Part shown: in pieces, positions 30,046 through 32,000 of the stretch
Position numbering within the stretch: position 1 is the first letter of the stretch
How the letters are laid out: every line of letters begins with the position of its first letter
From: Wolbachia endosymbiont of Drosophila innubila
GTDB lineage: Bacteria; Pseudomonadota; Alphaproteobacteria; Rickettsiales; Anaplasmataceae
Direction of reading: 5' to 3'
NCBI RefSeq assembly: GCF_021378375.1
Contig: NZ_CP076228.1
Coordinates: 240,001-272,000, forward strand
DNA length: 32,000 nt
Translations under genes and position numbers: made by a program
The notes under the pieces: model-generated
The model's database searches: none
What the model saw: only the letters and a program-made list of their open reading frames with translations
Told to the model about the DNA's origin: nothing

Positions 30046-30221
30046 CTAACTAGACTTATAAGTACAATGGTACACTCGATACACAAGGTCTAAGTCATTT
30101 TTTAGCTAGCAGACTGAAGATGGGAAGTTTGTTGTAGGTGCAGCACTATAATTCCTCCACAGATAAGAGAATTTTAATAAATATATACAAGACTGCTGAA
30201 CGTGGGGGGAGGAGGGGAGTA

Positions 30222-31544
30222 ATGAGCAATTTGCTTAGTGAGGCTAACACATTTTATTTTATAGCTAGTTCCTTAGCTACTCTTACGTTACTTACATCTT
30301 TAGCGCTTATTGTAACTTCTAATGTGCCTCTTCCTCTAATTCTTGCTTTAGCTACATTATCTGTTTTGGTGCTTGCACTTTCGTATAAAATAATTAGTAA
30401 TAATAAAAAAATAGAGGTTGAGAGAAATAAATTCGCTCAGAAAGAGCAAGAGTTAGAAAATAAAATAACTCTAGGAAAGGAAGCTGAAAAAGCTGCAAAC
30501 AAAGAAGTGGAAAAATTAAAACATGAATTAACTCGAGAAAAGCAAAATTTAGACAAGAGAGCAAAAAGATTGGATCAGAAAGTAAATGAGTCAGAAGTTG
30601 AGAGAGAATCTCTTCTTGAAGAAAAAAAATCTTTAGAGAAAAAATTAGAAACAGCAAAGAATCGTACGTTTGAAATAGACAATGAATTGGACAAAACAAG
30701 AAAGGAAATAGGTAAGCTTAATGAGCAGGAAGAGAAATTAAAACTTGAAATCTCATGTTTAAAGAAACAGTTGGAAGAAAGAAGTAGATTTATTGCAAAG
30801 CTGAAGATGGAAGTGGATGATAATAAACATTTAGAGCTAGAGAATAAGGGGTTAAATGATAGAATAGAAACGTTACGTGAAGTACAAAAGGCACTACGTG
30901 AGAAAAAACATGAACTTAGTGAAAAAGTAGAGGCATTGAATAAGGAAAAAAATAAACTTTCTAAAGAAGTAGAGGAATTACGTGAAGAACAAGAAAGGCT
31001 GCATGCAAACTTAGATAAGCTACAATGTAAAATTAAAGAGGTCAACAAAGAAAAGAAAAATTTATCTAAAGAATTAAAAGAGAAATTTGAAGAGTTAGAT
31101 GAAGCAAATGGTTTAATTAAAAATCAATCTTTTGAGTTAGATGGGATAAGAAAAGATTGTAATAATGAAGTAAAAAGTTTAAGAAATTCACTTTTAGAAC
31201 GAGACAGTCAAATAGAAGATTTTTTGAAAGAGAAAGAAAAACAAGTGAATTTTGCGCAACTGTTGATAAGATGCGTAACAGACAATATAGAAGAACCAAT
31301 AAGAAATAATGATGGAAAAGCAATATTAGATACGATTCAAATATTAAAGTCTGCGTTACAAGGAGAAATTGCACGGCTTTTGCCAGACGAAACGCCTTCT
31401 TCTTCGCTGGAAGATCTTGGATATGAATCATTATTTGTCAGTCGCTCATCCACCCCGACCAAGTTGCCAAATTCACTATTGACAGAATCTTATGAACGCA
31501 GTCAGTTCAATCAGAGTGAAAGTATTTGCAAAACACAACAATGA
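30222..31544 (+). CDS. Membrane-anchored long coiled-coil protein
   Basis: Start at 30222 preceded by GGAGGGGAG; MSNLLSEANTFYFIASSLATLTLLTSLALI...LALATLSVLVLALSYKIISNNKK, then about 300 aa of heptad-rich coiled coil. Confidence 0.85.
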   Translation: MSNLLSEANTFYFIASSLATLTLLTSLALIVTSNVPLPLILALATLSVLVLALSYKIISNNKKIEVERNKFAQKEQELENKITLGKEAEKAANKEVEKLKHELTREKQNLDKRAKRLDQKVNESEVERESLLEEKKSLEKKLETAKNRTFEIDNELDKTRKEIGKLNEQEEKLKLEISCLKKQLEERSRFIAKLKMEVDDNKHLELENKGLNDRIETLREVQKALREKKHELSEKVEALNKEKNKLSKEVEELREEQERLHANLDKLQCKIKEVNKEKKNLSKELKEKFEELDEANGLIKNQSFELDGIRKDCNNEVKSLRNSLLERDSQIEDFLKEKEKQVNFAQLLIRCVTDNIEEPIRNNDGKAILDTIQILKSALQGEIARLLPDETPSSSLEDLGYESLFVSRSSTPTKLPNSLLTESYERSQFNQSESICKTQQ

Positions 31545-31574
31545 GTCTTATTATAAGATAAATCATGCAAGATA

Positions 31575-32000
31575 ATGAACCCAATAATATGCGCACTGGA
31601 TACACAAGACTTAAATAAGGCTATTTCTCTAGCTAATGCTCTGCGTGGTAAAGTTGGCATGGTAAAGCTGGGATTAGAATTTTTTGCTGCTCAAGGTCTT
31701 TCTGGAGTGCAAGAAGTTGCAAAATGCAATGTACCAATTTTTTTAGATCTGAAATTGCATGACATTCCAAACACTGTAGCTAAAACAGTTGAAGTAATAA
31801 AAGTTCTGAACGTTGAAATGTTAACTCTGCACATCAGCGGTGGGACAAAAATGCTTGAAGAAGCGCTAAGTGTAGTGCAAGGCACAAAAATAAAGCTGAT
31901 TGGAGTGACAGTGCTAACTAGTATGAGCAATGAGGATTTAAACGAGCTTGGAGTAGCAAGAGAAGTAAAATCACAGGTAATTTTGCTTGCAAAGCTTGCA
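31575..32000 (+). CDS. pyrF: Orotidine 5'-phosphate decarboxylase, N-terminal part (3' truncated by window)
   Basis: Open frame from ATG 31575 to the window end: MNPIICALDTQDLNKAISLANALRGKVGMVKLGLEFFAAQGLSG...VPIFLDLKLHDIPNTVAKTV. Confidence 0.94.
   Translation, partial: MNPIICALDTQDLNKAISLANALRGKVGMVKLGLEFFAAQGLSGVQEVAKCNVPIFLDLKLHDIPNTVAKTVEVIKVLNVEMLTLHISGGTKMLEEALSVVQGTKIKLIGVTVLTSMSNEDLNELGVAREVKSQVILLAKLA

Noticed and set aside
30394-31431. Three minus-strand ORFs (101, 157 and 104 aa) rich in Leu, Ser and Phe
   Set aside because: Mirror-image artefacts of the long coiled-coil gene at 30222..31544.
31691-31930. 79-aa minus-strand ORF
   Set aside because: Antisense to pyrF, which is open to the window end and has the LDLKLHDIPNTV motif.

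Overview
The window looks like a chromosomal segment of an AT-rich, reduced alphaproteobacterial endosymbiont. The P44/Msp2-like surface antigen, the archaeal-type ValRS, the palindromic repeats and the gene content all suggest Wolbachia or Anaplasmataceae; this is inferred from the proteins, not from a database search. Housekeeping genes, in order: fumC (3' part), grxD-bolA, OMP antigen, malic enzyme, pgsA, bamD, yebC, M23 peptidase, SPFH protein, TPP riboswitch-semiSWEET-thiamine pyrophosphokinase, malonyl-CoA decarboxylase, lepA, virB2-like, pdhB, AAA ATPase, MFS transporter, tadA, pyrG, secG, gamma-carbonic anhydrase-like, valS and pyrF (5' part). The most interesting observations are: (1) a TPP riboswitch whose aptamer abuts the start codon of a PQ-loop/semiSWEET protein next to thiamine pyrophosphokinase, which suggests a thiamine uptake and activation cassette; (2) repeat-derived sequence inserted in frame inside valS; (3) a complete IS4-type element (27261..28687) with 18-bp terminal inverted repeats and an exact 11-bp target duplication, splitting a membrane-anchor/coiled-coil/AAA-ATPase gene, with a paralogous anchor-coiled-coil gene directly downstream; (4) long inverted repeats bracketing malonyl-CoA decarboxylase and lepA. 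No tRNA, rRNA or CRISPR array was recognised by eye.
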